Below, in pieces: positions 12,760 to 25,998 of a DNA stretch of 64,000 nucleotides. Location of the stretch: assembly GCF_004010195.1 (NCBI RefSeq), contig NC_057719.1, positions 21,156,418 through 21,220,417 on the forward strand. Direction: 5' to 3'. A model generated the notes under the pieces. That model was not told the origin of the DNA and did no database searches. It saw only the letters and a list, made by a program, of their open reading frames with translations. The position numbers and the translations under genes were made by a program. Numbering within the stretch: position 1 is the stretch's first letter; each line of letters opens with the position of its first letter. Source of the stretch: Chiloscyllium plagiosum. Lineage: Eukaryota.

Positions 12760-13002
12760 AGGTAAAAACAATGACTGCAGATGCTGGAAACCAGAGTCTC
12801 GATTAGAGTGGTGCTGGAAAAGCACAGCAGTTCAGGCAGCATCCCAGGAGCAGTAAAATCGATGTTTTGGGCAAAAGCCCTTCATCAGGAATACAGCTGT
12901 ATAACCTGTATTCCTGATGAAGGGCTTTTGCCTGAAATGTCGATTTTACTGCTCCTCGGATGCTGTCTGAACTGTTGTGCTTTTCCAGCACCACTCTAAT
13001 CT
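12760..13002. mobile_element. Palindromic PLE family A mini-insertion with two hammerhead motifs
   Basis: Arms 12803-12896 / 12906-13002 are reverse complements; CTGATGA-AGGGC(TTTT)GCCT-GAAATGTC at 12914; TSD TCTGGGAAAA. Confidence 0.85.
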
Positions 13003-13058
13003 GGGAAAAGTGTACTGCAGTCAGCATCACAGTGAGGCAGTCTGGGAAAAGTGTACTG

Positions 13059-15158
13059 GGCAGGAAGATCGCTGACAGTCTTGCACTCCTCAGGGATACA
13101 ATTGCCTATGTGCAGGACAGACGGTTGGACATCTGTCTGAGCAGCCTGGACCAGGAGAAAGCCTTTGATAGGATATCACACACGTATATGAGAGCTGTTC
13201 TCTCCAAAATGGGCTCTGGGGAGGAAATCTGCAATTGGATCAGACTGCTCTACACCAACATCGTCAGTGCAGTCACAATCAATGGGTGGGAATCAGATAG
13301 CTTCCCAGTCAGATCTGGAGTCAGGCAGGGCTGCCCTCTCTCTCCTGCCTTGTTTGTGTGCTGCATAGAGCCATTTGCCGAGTCCATCAGGAAGGATGCG
13401 AGCCTGAGAGGGGTGACTATTCCTGGCAGCGGGGGCCTGCAGGTTAAGGCCTCCATGTACATGGGTGATGTTGCCATTTTCTGCTCGGATCCGCTGTCCG
13501 TGCACAGACTCATGTGCATATGTGACCAATTCAAACGGGCCTCGGGGGCCAAGGTCAACTGAGACAAGAGCGAGGCCATGCTCTTTTGGAACTGGGCCGA
13601 CCAATCCTCGATCCCCTTCACCGTCAGGACCGACCACCTGAAGGTACTGGATATTTGGTTCGGGGGGGCTAGGGCGTGCGCCAAGTCTTGGGAGGAGCAT
13701 ATCAGCAAAGTGAGGCAGAAACTGGTTAGATGGAAGCTACGGTTGCTCTCCATCGCGGGAAGAAACCTGGTCATCAGGTGTGAGGCACTGTTGTTGCTGT
13801 TATACGTGGCACAGGTCTGGCCTATTCCCAGAACCTGTGCCGCTGCAGTCACCTGGGCCATCTTCTAATTTATATGGAGGTCAAATATGGACCGAGTCCG
13901 AAGGGACTTGCTGTACAAAGATCTAGGCAACGGGGGAAAAAATACACCCAATACCACCCTCACCCTGATGGCCACCTTTGTGTGTGGCTGCATCAAGCTG
14001 TGCGTGGATACGCAAACACCAAGTGTCACTACGTACTGAGGTCCTACCTGTCCCCGGTGTTGCGAAGGATGGGCCGACACGGGGAGAACGTGCAAACTCC
14101 ACACAGTCAGTCGCCTGAGGCGGGAATTGAACCCGCCTCGGACCGCCTGGGCGGTCCGAAACCTGTGATCTTCCAGCTGAAGGAGTTGACCCCGACTGAG
14201 TGTTGCAGACTGGCACATTCCAAGGTCCAGGACTACGGCAGGTCTGTACATTAACTGCACAGACCCGGGAATTGAGTAGTTGGACCATTCCGTACTACCT
14301 GTCCTTCGTGGAGTTTATGAAGAAAAACACCTTTGACCACAAGTCTATCAGGAAGTGGTCAGCACGTAGTGTCCTTGAGACCCTTCGGGAAAAGGAAAGG
14401 GCGGATCCTAGCGAGCGGTTCCCTGAGCAGACTGTCAAAGCCATTTGGCAGAATGCCCCATCGCCAGAACTTTCCAACGAGCACCAAGACATGGCTTGGC
14501 TGGTGGTGAGAAGGGCTCTGCCTGTGAGATCCTTTATGCACGCCCAGAGTCTCAGCCGCATCGCACGCTGCCCTTGAAGCGGCTGCGTGGGGATGAGACT
14601 GTCACACACCTCCTTCTGGAATGTGCCTATGCAGAAGTCTGGCGAGGAATGCAGTGGTGTTTGTCGAGGTTCGTCCCGAGCAGCGCCGTGACGCGGGACT
14701 CTGTGCTCTACGGCCTGTTCCCCGGGACGAACATCAACTGTGCCTGGAGGATCATCAATTCAGAGAAGGACGCTCTCTGGGCGGTCCGGAACCTGTGATC
14801 ATCCAGCTGAAGGAGTTGACCCTGACTGAGTGTTGCAGACTGGCACATTCCAAGGTCCAGGACTACGTGTTGAGGGACGCGCGGAAGCTTGGGGCAGCTG
14901 CCGCCAAGGCACAGTGGGGAAAGACCACCATGTAACATCTGCCTGCCGAAAGAAGAACAAGGGGCCCGCGCAGTCTTTTGGGCTCTGCTGATGCCTCAGC
15001 TAAATATATGGACATATGATTGATTAATGTACAGACCTGTATATACAAATGATAAATTCTGATCTCTGTATGTAAATATTTCCGTATGTATGGCATGACC
15101 AACTGTACAAACCATCAAATTATTTTATGAATAAAGTATATTTTTGAAATAAAAAATA
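13059..15158 (+). mobile_element. Tx1-clade (L1 group) LINE, 5'-truncated: RT, C-terminal zinc finger, 3' UTR, A-rich tail
   Basis: LDQEKAFDRISH, GVRQGCPLSP, YMGD (FADD-like site), C..ETVTHLLLEC; AATAAA and A-tail; ~20-bp TSD; several frameshifts and stops. Confidence 0.9.
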
Positions 15159-15212
15159 AGTCTGGGAAAAATGTACTGCAGTCAGCATTGCAGTGAGGCA
15201 GTCTGGGAAAGT

Positions 15213-15464
15213 GGCAGCTGCCGCCCAGGGGCGGTGGGGAAAGACCACCGTGTAACGTCTGCCTGCCTAAGCACAGGGGTCCAACGCAGTAAGGGGACTC
15301 GACTGACCCCCGTGCTAAATATGTAATCGTACAGATCTGTATATATGAATGATTTCTCTGTCTCTATATACCAAGAAATGGCATGTTTACGGATGTATGG
15401 CATGACCAATTATACAGATCATCAAAATATTTTATGAATAAAGTATATTTTTGAAATAAAAAAA
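15213..15464 (+). mobile_element. Tx1 short 3' fragment
   Basis: WGKTT-stop end and a 3' UTR homologous to 14890-15158; A tail. Confidence 0.85.
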
Positions 15465-15552
15465 GTCTAGGAAAAGGGTACTGTCGTCAGCATCACAGTG
15501 AGGCAGTCTGGGAAAAGTGTACTGCAGTCAGCATCGCAGTGAAGCAGTCTGG

Positions 15553-16932
15553 TAGGGGAGAGCCCATGGCCTAGAAGGTGGTTCTCTCAGGACGAGTCTG
15601 AGCTGGGTACCTTCATGACTGTCAGAAGATCTCAAGACTATCGCTGGATGGTGTTTGCGAGCAGGACTTGGAGGATCATTGGTTGAGCTGAGCTGCAATT
15701 GAGAGATCTTTATGCTAGCTTCAGCCCAACATCAATTCAGTGACCAGCCAAACAGGGCTATGGCCTCTGTGGGCACCCACTTCCCTGGCCAGGGAGTCCA
15801 CAATCCAGTCAGAGTGACTGTGAGGAATGTGGGGAAGGATCTTCTTTGTGAAGGGAGTCATTTTGGATTGCCATGGGTTCTAGGCAGCAGATCTTTTGTG
15901 TCTGCAAGATTTCCTCAGTGGGGGCTACTTTGGTGTGACTTTCAGGAGTATGAAGCAGTATGAGCATCTGCTGAAGGTATATGAGGACAAAGGAGATGAG
16001 GGTCCCCGCTTCCTGCACAAAAGAGCTGGGTTGTCACAATCCACATATACAACCCACAAGTCCTGGCAGCAGCACGGATGTTTGGACCTATTTGGAATCT
16101 GGACCAGCTAGCGGCAGGTCAAGGTGACCCAGAAGGTGGATACTAGTGGGAACATCCTCCACCTGCTCTCCAGGTTCAGGATCAGAGGGATCCAAGGATA
16201 CCTGATCTATACAGGGCAGCCCAGAGAGTGTGCTGACACTGTGGGAGGTTAGGGAACATAGCAGCAGGAACCGCAGGGCCACCTTACTAAGGTCTACACG
16301 GGGTCCAAGAACGGCAACCTGTGTGGGGAAGAAAGCCACCTGTACAAAGGTCTGCCCAAGGTTGCGGGGTACGGACGGGGAGGGGGTTTGGTGGTACATA
16401 CGCTCAGATGTCAACGCAATCTGTGACCCCCAAAGGAAAGTAAGGTGCCAACACTCGACAAGAAAACCGAAATGCAGGGCAGCCAGAAGGAGGGAGTGGT
16501 CAGACAGGAAGGAAAGGTAACCATCGCAGGGGCACTGAAACCGACTCAACCTGCACCTGAAGAGAGAGTCAATGAAGGACAAGGAAATGAGGGAGCAGGA
16601 GAGTGAATATAACTGAAAAAGGAAAACATGTCAGATTCCCCAAAGCAAAATTGAAAGAGGCAACGGCAACAGTGGATACATTTGACAGCTGCTTCCTGTC
16701 TGCCCGAAGCCTGTTAGCCTTCCAGAGCAAGGAGCTGACCTTGACCAAGTGTTGCAGACATTCCAAGGTCCCGGATTATGTAGTGACGGATGCACTAAAG
16801 CTTGGGGCAGCTGTCGCCAAAGCACAGTGGGGAAAGACCACCAAAGTTCTTCCTGCCACAGTACAGTGGGAGTTTGTTCACTATCCTCCTGGACTCTCCC
16901 AGTACATAAATAGAATCTTGTATAAGTAAAAA
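15553..16932 (+). mobile_element. Old internally deleted Tx1: degenerate gag-like ORF1 joined to the ORF2 3' end
   Basis: MASVG..GQGVHNPVRVTV..CLQDFLSGGYFGVTFRS resembles Tx1 ORF1/ZCCHC3-like N-termini; 16700-16845 KELTLTKCCR..AKAQWGKTT matches the end of the younger Tx1. Confidence 0.65.
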
Positions 16933-16934
16933 AA

Positions 16935-17250
16935 GGAATTGAATTGAATTAGCCTTTATTGTCACATACACCCAAATGAGTGCAGTGGCAAGCTTTTAAC
17001 GTTGCCACTTTGATGTCATCTTAGGTACAGTGTACATAGGTGCAGAATATTTAAATATGTGTTACAAACTTGAAAAAATCATAAATAAATGTTCAGCATA
17101 AGAATAAAGAAGTTTTCTTTATAAAAAGTACTCGAAATGTAGTCTTTTCACCAAGTCCGTGGCAACCTGAGCCTTCTGACCACACAGGGCTTCCAACCTC
17201 AAGGCCTTGCTTCCAGTCCCCAAGGGTCTCACCTCCGCTCCAGGACTCCC
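16935..17250 (-). mobile_element. Non-autonomous retroelement 3' part (tail family shared with 34778, 48745, 53160)
   Basis: Reverse complement ends CCACTGCA..GTGACAATAAA-(AATTC)n. Confidence 0.5.
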
Positions 17251-17419
17251 TTCCCTTCATTATCTGTGTATCACTGCAAGGTATGAGTGACAGTCAGTTT
17301 TACTGGGGTAGCTCACATCATTGACTTCCAATGATCCAGGTACATATATTTCAGAATTCTGACCGCTGGGCACTTCTTCCATTAATTGTTTATTTCTGTT
17401 GTGTGGACCTTCACATGAC

Positions 17420-17965
17420 TTAGACCATAAGAATATAAGACATAGGAACAGGATTAGTTCATTTGCCATTCAATAAGATTGTGATTGATCTTTTCGTAGA
17501 CTCTGCTCCAGTTAATTCAGACAAATGAGTGGGGATCTCAGAGACTTATAAAAGTCTAACAGGATTAGACAGGGTGGATGCAGGGAGGATGTTCCCTATG
17601 GTGGGTGTGCCCACAACTGGGGTCACAGTCTGAGCATTCAGAGTTGACCATCTAGAATGGAGATGAGGAGACATTTCTTCACCCAAAGTGTGTTGATCCT
17701 GTGCAATTCATTACCATGGAAGTAGTTAATACCAAACCATTGAATGTATTCAAGAGGTGGCTAGATTTGGCACTTGGGGCAAATGGGATCAAAAGTTATG
17801 GAAGAAAGCAGGATAAGGCTATTGAGTTGGACAATATCGTGATGAGTGATAGATCAGCTCAAGGGGCTGAATGGCCTCCTCCTATTGCTATCTTCTATGC
17901 TTCTATGATTTACCCGCCTGCTCACCATACCCCTTAATACCTTTACTGTTTAAAAATCTATCTTT
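17420..17965. mobile_element. Nested CR1 3' ends: plus-strand copy 17520-17908 inside a minus-strand copy
   Basis: CR1 3' motifs and (TTCTATG)n tail; the host resumes at ~17910. Confidence 0.7.
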
Positions 17966-20900
17966 GCTGTAAAGAGGGAATGAGAGGCTGAGAGGGAATG
18001 AGTGTAAGATGTTTGCATTAACTCCGATGTCAACTTTAGGCCTGCACATGCTTTTGCCAATCTTCTTTGAGCATATGATGTCATGAGTGTGTCACAATAA
18101 AATATGGAAATAAATGGACAATCAAGATGAAAAGCATGGATAGGAGGAGACAGGATAACGTTCTCAAGCTACCTGCCTCGATGAAAACAGATAGATCGCT
18201 AATCATGGCCACAAAACTGGTCCTGAGTACATTTTTAGCCTGAGGTCCTCACACTATTTGAGAAATTACTCAGTTCAATGAGCTCTCTTGACAAATTCAA
18301 ACAAGTTATTTCTGACATCACAGCACACTAATTAATTTGCCTATTTTTAAAAATATACACGATTTAAGAATAATTTCCGCATAGAGCTGATGGTGTTTCT
18401 AAAGCAGCATATGTACACTGAGCAGAATACATTTATGGTGTGGTACATACCAGGTGGCTCGTCAGGATACATAACACCTCTAAAGAATAACTTTCCATGG
18501 ACTTGCATCAATTTAAAAAAAAAACAATTAATACCTGGGAATGTGTGACACAACAAGAGCTGAATTTAGTGGCCCTGTTAAAATAGATGATGGGTTGTCT
18601 CCTTGTCCCATAATTGTCCATAATTCTCATTGTGCTCCCATATTTCTATTATGTGTAGCATTCCAAGATTCCAGAATGGTGTGTAAAATCATCAGAATTT
18701 TGCTCTTGACGTTGTTGTCTTTGTTTTTATCAATGTCAGATTTTATGGAAATAAAAGCAAAATATTATAAATGCACAAAATCTGAAATAAAAAAAAAACA
18801 GCAAGAGCTTGAGAAACTCAGTGGTGGTAATGGGGATGTGATGATTTAACAGAGATGCGATTATTTAGTGGATAGGTGTGCAAAGAAGAAAATGGCTCTC
18901 AAGAGTGGACACCAGTACTTACCACCNNNNNNNNNNNNNNNNNNTCAGGTATTTTCTGTTCTTACATGAGAATAAGACATGTTGTCATATACTTGGCAAC
19001 TGAGGGTCCCGAGGTTCCGTCATAAAGTCCCTGCATCTGGGGCAGGAAGACTGGGTTCAAGTCACATCTGTGCAGGAGGTGTGTTATAATGTATCTTAGC
19101 AGGTTAATTTCTTTTAGCGCTTGCTAAGTTGTTTTAATGTATCCTGTAAATCATATATTTTTCAGAAACAATGTGTCATTGGTAACAGTGATTGATATTC
19201 TTCTAGATGTTTCATTCTTTTTCAGTTTTGCTGAAACTCGACATCAAGTCATAAGGGCACATCTTGAACCTTGAAGACGATGAGGAGGTTTTGAGCAATT
19301 GCAGCTGACCTGCAATTGTCACAGATTTCCTATTGTGGCTTTCAGTGCAAGGCACAACACAGAACTAGATAACAAAATGCATTTTATTTGTACCAGTACT
19401 AGATTTTGCCAAGTGTAGGATTGATGAAATTGTTAAGTTCAATAGTAACATTACTGATAACAACAATGAATTGTCATCCTCTGGGAAAATAGGCAAGGTA
19501 TATGTGGAGGAATTTCTTCACACAGCCAATTGGAAAAATCTGGCATGCTGAACCTTGAAGACTGGTAGGGCCTTCAGTTTTTGAAAGGGAATTGGATATA
19601 TTCTTAAAGATTGAAAACAAAGCACAGATCTGTAGGGCAAGAGCAGAGGATGTATTAGGATCATAGAATCCCTACAGTATGTGAGCAGGTCATTTGCCCA
19701 TTGAGTCCACAGTGACCTTCCAAACAGCATCCTTCCAGACCCATCCCCCACCCCACATTCCCCATGGTTTGGCAGCATTAGTGGAGAGAAAGCAGGGTTA
19801 ACGTTTCCATCAGAACTGACACTGTTGAAGAGTCACCGGATTCAAAACATTTAAGTCTGCTTTCTCCCCACAGATGGTGCTAGACCTGCTCAGTAGCCTG
19901 TGCTGAGGAATGATTTACCTTTAAATAATATATTTGGCACCTAATGTGAAGTATAAGAGCCTTTGTCAAATACATAAAGCAATATTTCTTTAAGTTACAG
20001 AAAACTGCTCAGTTTTGTTACACCACGATGGAGATATTTGCAGCAAAAACACCATATTTAAAGGCAATTTTAATCTCAAAATGGATATTTGAAATATCAA
20101 TTATATCGAAGATTGCAAAATATTAAGTAAGTGCGTCATAAAACAACCAGCTTGCAAAACAGTGAACAATGAAAGGAAGTTTAAATTGCAGAAAACAGGA
20201 AGAAGTTCAGGCTTTCAGGCCTCTGTTACGATTATCGGCTGCTTTTTTTTTATAAACAAAACCACTGCCTAAACTGTAGACAGAACAAAAATGCAAAACA
20301 GTAGGGTTTCCCTTTCGTTCCAATTTTCTTCCATCTTGTAATGACAATGTTGCCTCTCAGTAAGGGATGCTTCCCTGTGTCTGTTAATCTCTGGTAAATC
20401 GGCCACTCGAAAACAGTGCACGGCTTTCTAAAATGTGGCGCAAAGAAAAATATTGTGGATGCTGAAAATCTGAAGCAAGCAGAGAAAATGCTGGAGAAAC
20501 TCAACAGGTCTGGCAGTGTGGAGAAACAGATTTAATATTTCAAATCCGATATGACGCTTTTTCAGATGTGTTATAACAGGCATTCATAAACATCTGGATT
20601 CTCAATGTTGAGGAGCCCCCCCATAACAATATAAAACTCAAGGATGAAGTAATTGCAATAATGTTCAACAAGAGGTGAATGGTTCTCTCCTGTAGTCCCT
20701 AGTATTGCAGGTGTCAGTCTTCAGTTAATTCAGTCACTTGACATTACATCAAGAAATGGCTGAATGCACTGTATACTGTAACAACTATGAACACTGACTA
20801 TATTCTTGCAATATTACTGAAAACTTGCATTCCAGAATTAACTGTGACTTAGTCAAGCTATTCCAATACTACGCTGGCACCTTCCAGGTGATGCCAAAAT

Positions 20901-21833
20901 ATGTCCTGATCACACAAAGCAGGGCAAATCCAACCCAGTCCTTCTTGCCCTATCAATCTACCCTCAATTTTCATTGGAAGGGGTTATCAACAGTCATCAA
21001 ATGGAATATCCTGCTCACTGACAGTCAGTTTGGATTCTGGAAAGGCCATTCAGCTCCTGATCTTGTTACAGTCTTGTCCAGTATGGGCAAGGGGTGGCAA
21101 GTGAGAAATAAAGGCAGCATTTGACTGATTTAGGCATATCATGGAGCCCGAGCACAAGTGGAGTCTATGTGAATCGGGGGGGTAAACCCTCCACTAGTTG
21201 GAGTCACACCACAAAAAATAAATGGCGGTGGTTGCAGAAGGTCAATCATCTCAGCCACTTGACATCACTGCAGAAATCCTTCAGGCAGTGCCCTAGACCC
21301 AACTATTTCAGCTGCTGAGTTAATGACTTTCATTCCATCATCAGGTCTGAAGTGGGAAGATTTGCAGATGATCGCACAATGTTCAACACTATTCGAGACT
21401 CCTCAGATACTGAAAAAATATGTGTCTAAATGCAATAAGGCCAGAACATCATCAAGGCTTAGTGGCTAGGAACATTAAAACCGTGCCAGTGAGAGGAACT
21501 GATTGTCTCCAATAAGACAAATCTACCCGTTGTGTTGCCATTGAATGTCAAGGGACAATCACTGAATTACCAACTAACAATATTCTCCAGTTATTGCGAA
21601 CCAGAAACTGAACTAGATCAGCCACCTAACTGCATGATAACAAATGCAAGTCAGAGGGTAAGAATTCAGTGCTAAGTAACTCACCTCCTATACCTCAGTG
21701 CCTGTCTATGAGGCACAATTCAGAAGCATGATGGAATCCCCTTCACTCACCTGCAATCAAAAAGCTTGACACCATTAGAATAAGGCAGCCCTCTTAACTG
21801 ACACCACTTAAACTGCCTGCAATATTTACAGCT

Positions 21834-21968
21834 TGGCAAAAGTGAGGACTGCAGATGCTGGAAACCAGAGTCTAGATTTGAGTGGTGCTGGAAAAGGACA
21901 GCAGGTCAGGCAGCATCCGAGGAGCAGGAAAAGCGAAATTTCGGGCAAAAGTCCTCCATCAGGAATGG
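21834..21968 (-). mobile_element. PLE family A 3' end fragment
   Basis: GTGAGGACTGCAGATGCTGG..CAGCAGGTCAGGCAGCATCC..TTTCGGGC. Confidence 0.8.
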
Positions 21969-22044
21969 AGGCCTCCAGTCACCACCAAGGCACAATTGCA
22001 ACAGGATGTACCATCTACAAAATGTACTGCAATAACTCACTAAT

Positions 22045-22345
22045 GGGCGGCACGGTGGCACAGTGGTTAGCACTGCTGCCTCGCAGTGTCAGAGTCCTGG
22101 GTTCAATTCCCGCCTCAGGTGACTGATTGTGTGGAATTTGCACGTTCTCCCTGTGTCTGCGTGGGTTTCCTCCCACAGTCCAAAAATGTGCAGGTTAGGT
22201 GAATTGGCTATGCTAAATTGCCCGTAGTGTTAGGTGAAGGGGTAAATGTAGGGGAATGGGTCTTGGTGGTTTACGCTTCGGCGGGTCGGTGTGGACTTGT
22301 TGGGCTGAAGGGCCTGTTTCCACACTGTAAGTAATCTAATCTAAT
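22045..22345 (+). mobile_element. HE1-type V-SINE
   Basis: Same head, V-domain and (TAATC)n tail as 5046-5347. Confidence 0.9.
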
Positions 22346-23491
22346 CCTTTGACAGCATCATCCAAACCTGCAACCTCTAGCATCTGGAATGATAATGGTA
22401 ACAGATACACAGGAACATCATCATCTGCAAGTTCCCCTCATGTTTCATACCGTCCTGACTTGGAAATGTATTTGCATTCCTTCACTGTTCAAGATCCTGG
22501 AACTCCCTTCCTAACAGCCCATGGGTGTCAGCACACCCCAAGGATTTATGTGATTGAAGAAGCAGCTCACCACCACCATCGTTTAGGGTAATTAGGGGTT
22601 GCCAACAATTTCTGGCCTAGCCAGCAATGCCCACTGCCCACAAAGCAATAAAACAAAACATGAAATCAACTGATTTAAAGTCTTCGGCGCCTAAAACCAA
22701 GCATTTCCTTGGTCTGCATCACAGATTTCAGAAGTTGGAGTAGCTAGGCCATTCAACCCGTCTATCCTATGCCAACACTCAGTTAGATTACAGCTAATGC
22801 AACTCTGTAACAGATGCTCTTTATTAAACAACTGACCAGACATAAAATTGAAATGAGACTTAGTCATTTCAACCATTTCATCTCATTGTAAATCAGTATG
22901 CAACATACAAACAGAAACAATTTCTGTTTGACATTTTAAGTGGATTAAGAGGCTGCGTGTTATCCTGAAAAGCCTGACCTGCTGTGAATTTTCTCCCTCT
23001 CTACTTGCCAATTCCAATTGAAAACAGTAATTAGTTGTACAATTATTGTTCTTTATAGAAGCTGCCATCATTAAAGCTAAAGTAATAATTATAACAACAT
23101 TTTAAAACAAAAGGATATCTACAACATTTTGGCATGGATTAATAACTTCACTGTCGAAAACCATATGATATATAAAGGGCTGTCACTTGTTGAAGGATGG
23201 AGAAAAGTTGAACCTGAGTTATATTTTTATCTTTCTATTATAAAGATTGGAACATAACATTTAGTGGGACAAGTCATCTAATCTCCAGGAATTCAGTGAC
23301 TAGCTGTATGATCAAACTTAGACGCTGTCAAAATGATATGGAAATTGGCTATGAGGATTGAGCAATGCCTCTATCTTCCACAACTATTTCTGAGTCTGAG
23401 TTAGAATTCGAAACTTCAGGCAATTCTGATGTACTGACTTTAATAGTCATCCAGGAAATGTGAGACAGGGAAAAATAACCTAGTATAACTG

Positions 23492-23780
23492 GAGTGATGT
23501 GGTGGCTCAGTAGTTAGCACTGCTGCCACACAGCGCCAAGGACCAGGTTTGATTCCATCCTCGGGCAATTTCTGTGTGAAGTTTGCAAATTCTCCCTGTG
23601 TCTGTGTGGGTTGCCTCCGGGTACTCTGGCTTCCTCCCACAGTCCAAAGATGTGCAGGTTAGATGGATTGGGGAATGCAGGGTTACGAGGAGAGGGTGGA
23701 GCAGGTGCGTCTGGATGGAATGCTCTTCAGGCAGTTGCTATGGACTCGAATGACCTGTCAAATGACACTGTAAGGTTTCA
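23492..23780 (+). mobile_element. Diverged HE1-related V-SINE
   Basis: GTGGCTCAGTAGTTAGCACTGCTGCC head plus V-domain. Confidence 0.75.
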
Positions 23781-25956
23781 ATGATATAACTCCTGGCCAA
23801 TTCCAGAACTGACACCCTCCTCACCCATACTCACAACAGCCATCTGGTTCCTTGACCCCATCAATACCCACCTTCAGCTCACACAAATTCTCATACAACC
23901 ACTTGACCATCACCCTACCAGTTCGGTCTGGTGTTTCCAGACCCACCTACCCACTTACCTTGCACATCTACTTATCCATTCACTTCGCCCACTCTTTCAG
24001 TTATTAAAATTGGATGAGGAAAGATGATAGAGTCATACTTATGTCACTGTACTAATAATATAGGGTGTACTGGGACAATGGATTCAAGACATGGCACAGT
24101 TGGAGGAGTTTAAATTAAATTGCTAAATTGGAAACTTGAAGCACCAAGTTATCATTCATTGTCAAAGAGACCTGTCTGGTTCACTAATGTCCTTTAGGGA
24201 AGGAAATCTACCATTGTTACCTGGTCTGGCCAAAATATGGCCCAAGCTACAACAATATGATCCACTCTAACGCCTTCTGAAACAGCAGTTTAAATGTTCA
24301 GTTTAAAGGCACCTATGAATTGGCAAACAAAAAATGTTGGCCTTGCCCAAAAGGTCTATATTCCCATGAAAGAGTGAAGAAAGAAAAACGCAAAAGCTCG
24401 ATAATTTCCAGATGGCAACCTCTGCTGTTAAAAGGGCTGTTTCTGACTTTCCCGTCTCTGATTGGCTTCACCCAAGTTCCACAAGGGAGGTGCTCTCAAT
24501 ATTTTGGAAAACGCCAGGCTTGAAAGTTTCCAGAAGTAATGCAGAGCAGCAATCGAATCACTGGGAAAGTTCAAGCAGAGTACCGATCGGATTATGATAG
24601 TCATTCCTCAGAAGATCTGGACCCACTTTTGCCCAAAGCATGAAACATCAATTTAAAAAAATAAGTGGATGTATGACATTTCAGATCTGGTCTACCAAAG
24701 CAGACCATTTAAAAGCGACAAAGTTGAGTCAATGAACTTTACTAAAATAGACCCTATTGATGCTAGGGCATGCTTGCACACTCAAGAGTGAGACATATTT
24801 TCGTGGTTGTGGGTATGTTCGCCGAGCTGGGAAGTTGATTTGCGGATGTATCTTCCCCTGTCTCGGTGATATCTTCAATGCTGTGGAGTCTCCTGTGAAT
24901 GCTGTACTGTGTCTTCTGGAATGTATTTGGTTCTGTTTCTGTTGCTTCTGGTTGCCAGTTCCGGTTGTTCGTTGTAGTGGCCAGTATATTGGGTGCATGT
25001 CAATGTGCTTGTTGATCGAGTCTGTGGCTGAGTGCCATGCTTCTAGAAATTCTCTGGCTGGCTTCTGTTTAGCTTATCCTATGATTGTTGTGTTGTCCCA
25101 GTCGAATTTGTGATCCTTGTCATCTGTGTGTATGGCTACTATGGCTAACAGAGATCAAGAACACACACTAGACTATCAACACTATACCCACAGGGATCAG
25201 ATTCACAAAAGAGGAGAAGCCAGCATTCAACTCGGATATGATGATACAAAGAACACAGAATGGTGAATGCACCACAAAAGTGTACAGGAAAGCCACACAC
25301 ACCGACTGGGTCCTGAATTACAACAGCAACCACCCAAAACACACAAGAGAAGCTGCATTAGGACCCTGTTCAAAAGGGCTACAACACACTGCATTAAGGG
25401 AGTGCTGTGACAGAAAAAGAAGAACACCTCTACAGAGTATTTGCCAAGAATGGATATCCTTGCAACTTCATCTGCAGATGTCTAATAGACAAACAACGTG
25501 ACAAGGACACGCTATGACCTAACTCACTAGCCACGCTACCTTACATAAAAAAATCTCTCAGAACTGACAGCCAGACTTCTCCGACCGCTCGGATTCATGC
25601 CAGCCCATAAACTGACAGCCACGCTCAGACAACAACTCACCAGAACAAAAGACCCTATACCCATCATGTGTAAAACTAACGTAATTTACAGGATTCCATG
25701 AAAAGACTGCATGAAACATTACATAGGGCAAACAGGCTGACAACTAGCAATACGCATCCATGAACACCAACTAGCCAGTAAACACCATGACCAGCTGTCC
25801 CTTGTAGCCATTCACATAGACGACAGGGACAACACGATGGTCATAGGACAGGCTAAACATAGGAAAGCAAGAAAATTTCTAGAGAGTTTTGAGAAGATTT
25901 GTAGCTCAGGTTGAGGTTTTGGATGTAGGTTTGCTCGCTGAGCTGAAAGGTTCATT

Positions 25957-25998
25957 TCCAGACGTTTCGTTACGTTACTAGGTAACATCTTCAGTGGA
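25957..25998 (-). ncRNA. Minimal hammerhead ribozyme motif (family C), intact core
   Basis: Minus strand TCCA-CTGAAGA-T-GTTAC(CTAGTAAC)GTAAC-GAAA-CGTC-TGGA. Confidence 0.75.

Larger units (their letters stand above)
12725..15552 (+). repeat. 41-bp tandem repeat (TCTGGGAAAAGTGTACTGCAGTCAGCATCACAGTGAGGCAG) split by insertions
   Basis: Units at 12725-12755, 13000-13058, 15161-15212 and 15466-15552. Confidence 0.9.
20600..22660 (+). mobile_element. Old degenerate LINE (CR1/L2 group) RT region and 3' end, interrupted
   Basis: QFGFWKGHSAPDL, PQGS-like and FADD remnants; tail matches 35740-36165 and 37500-37695. Confidence 0.65.

Noticed and set aside
12725..15552. Repeat-spacer arrangement superficially like a CRISPR array
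   Set aside because: Eukaryotic DNA; the intervening sequences are kb-scale retroelements; no cas genes.
22045..22115. tRNA-like A and B boxes (also at 5280-5347, 23495, 40840)
   Set aside because: These are SINE heads followed by V-domain bodies, not tRNA genes.
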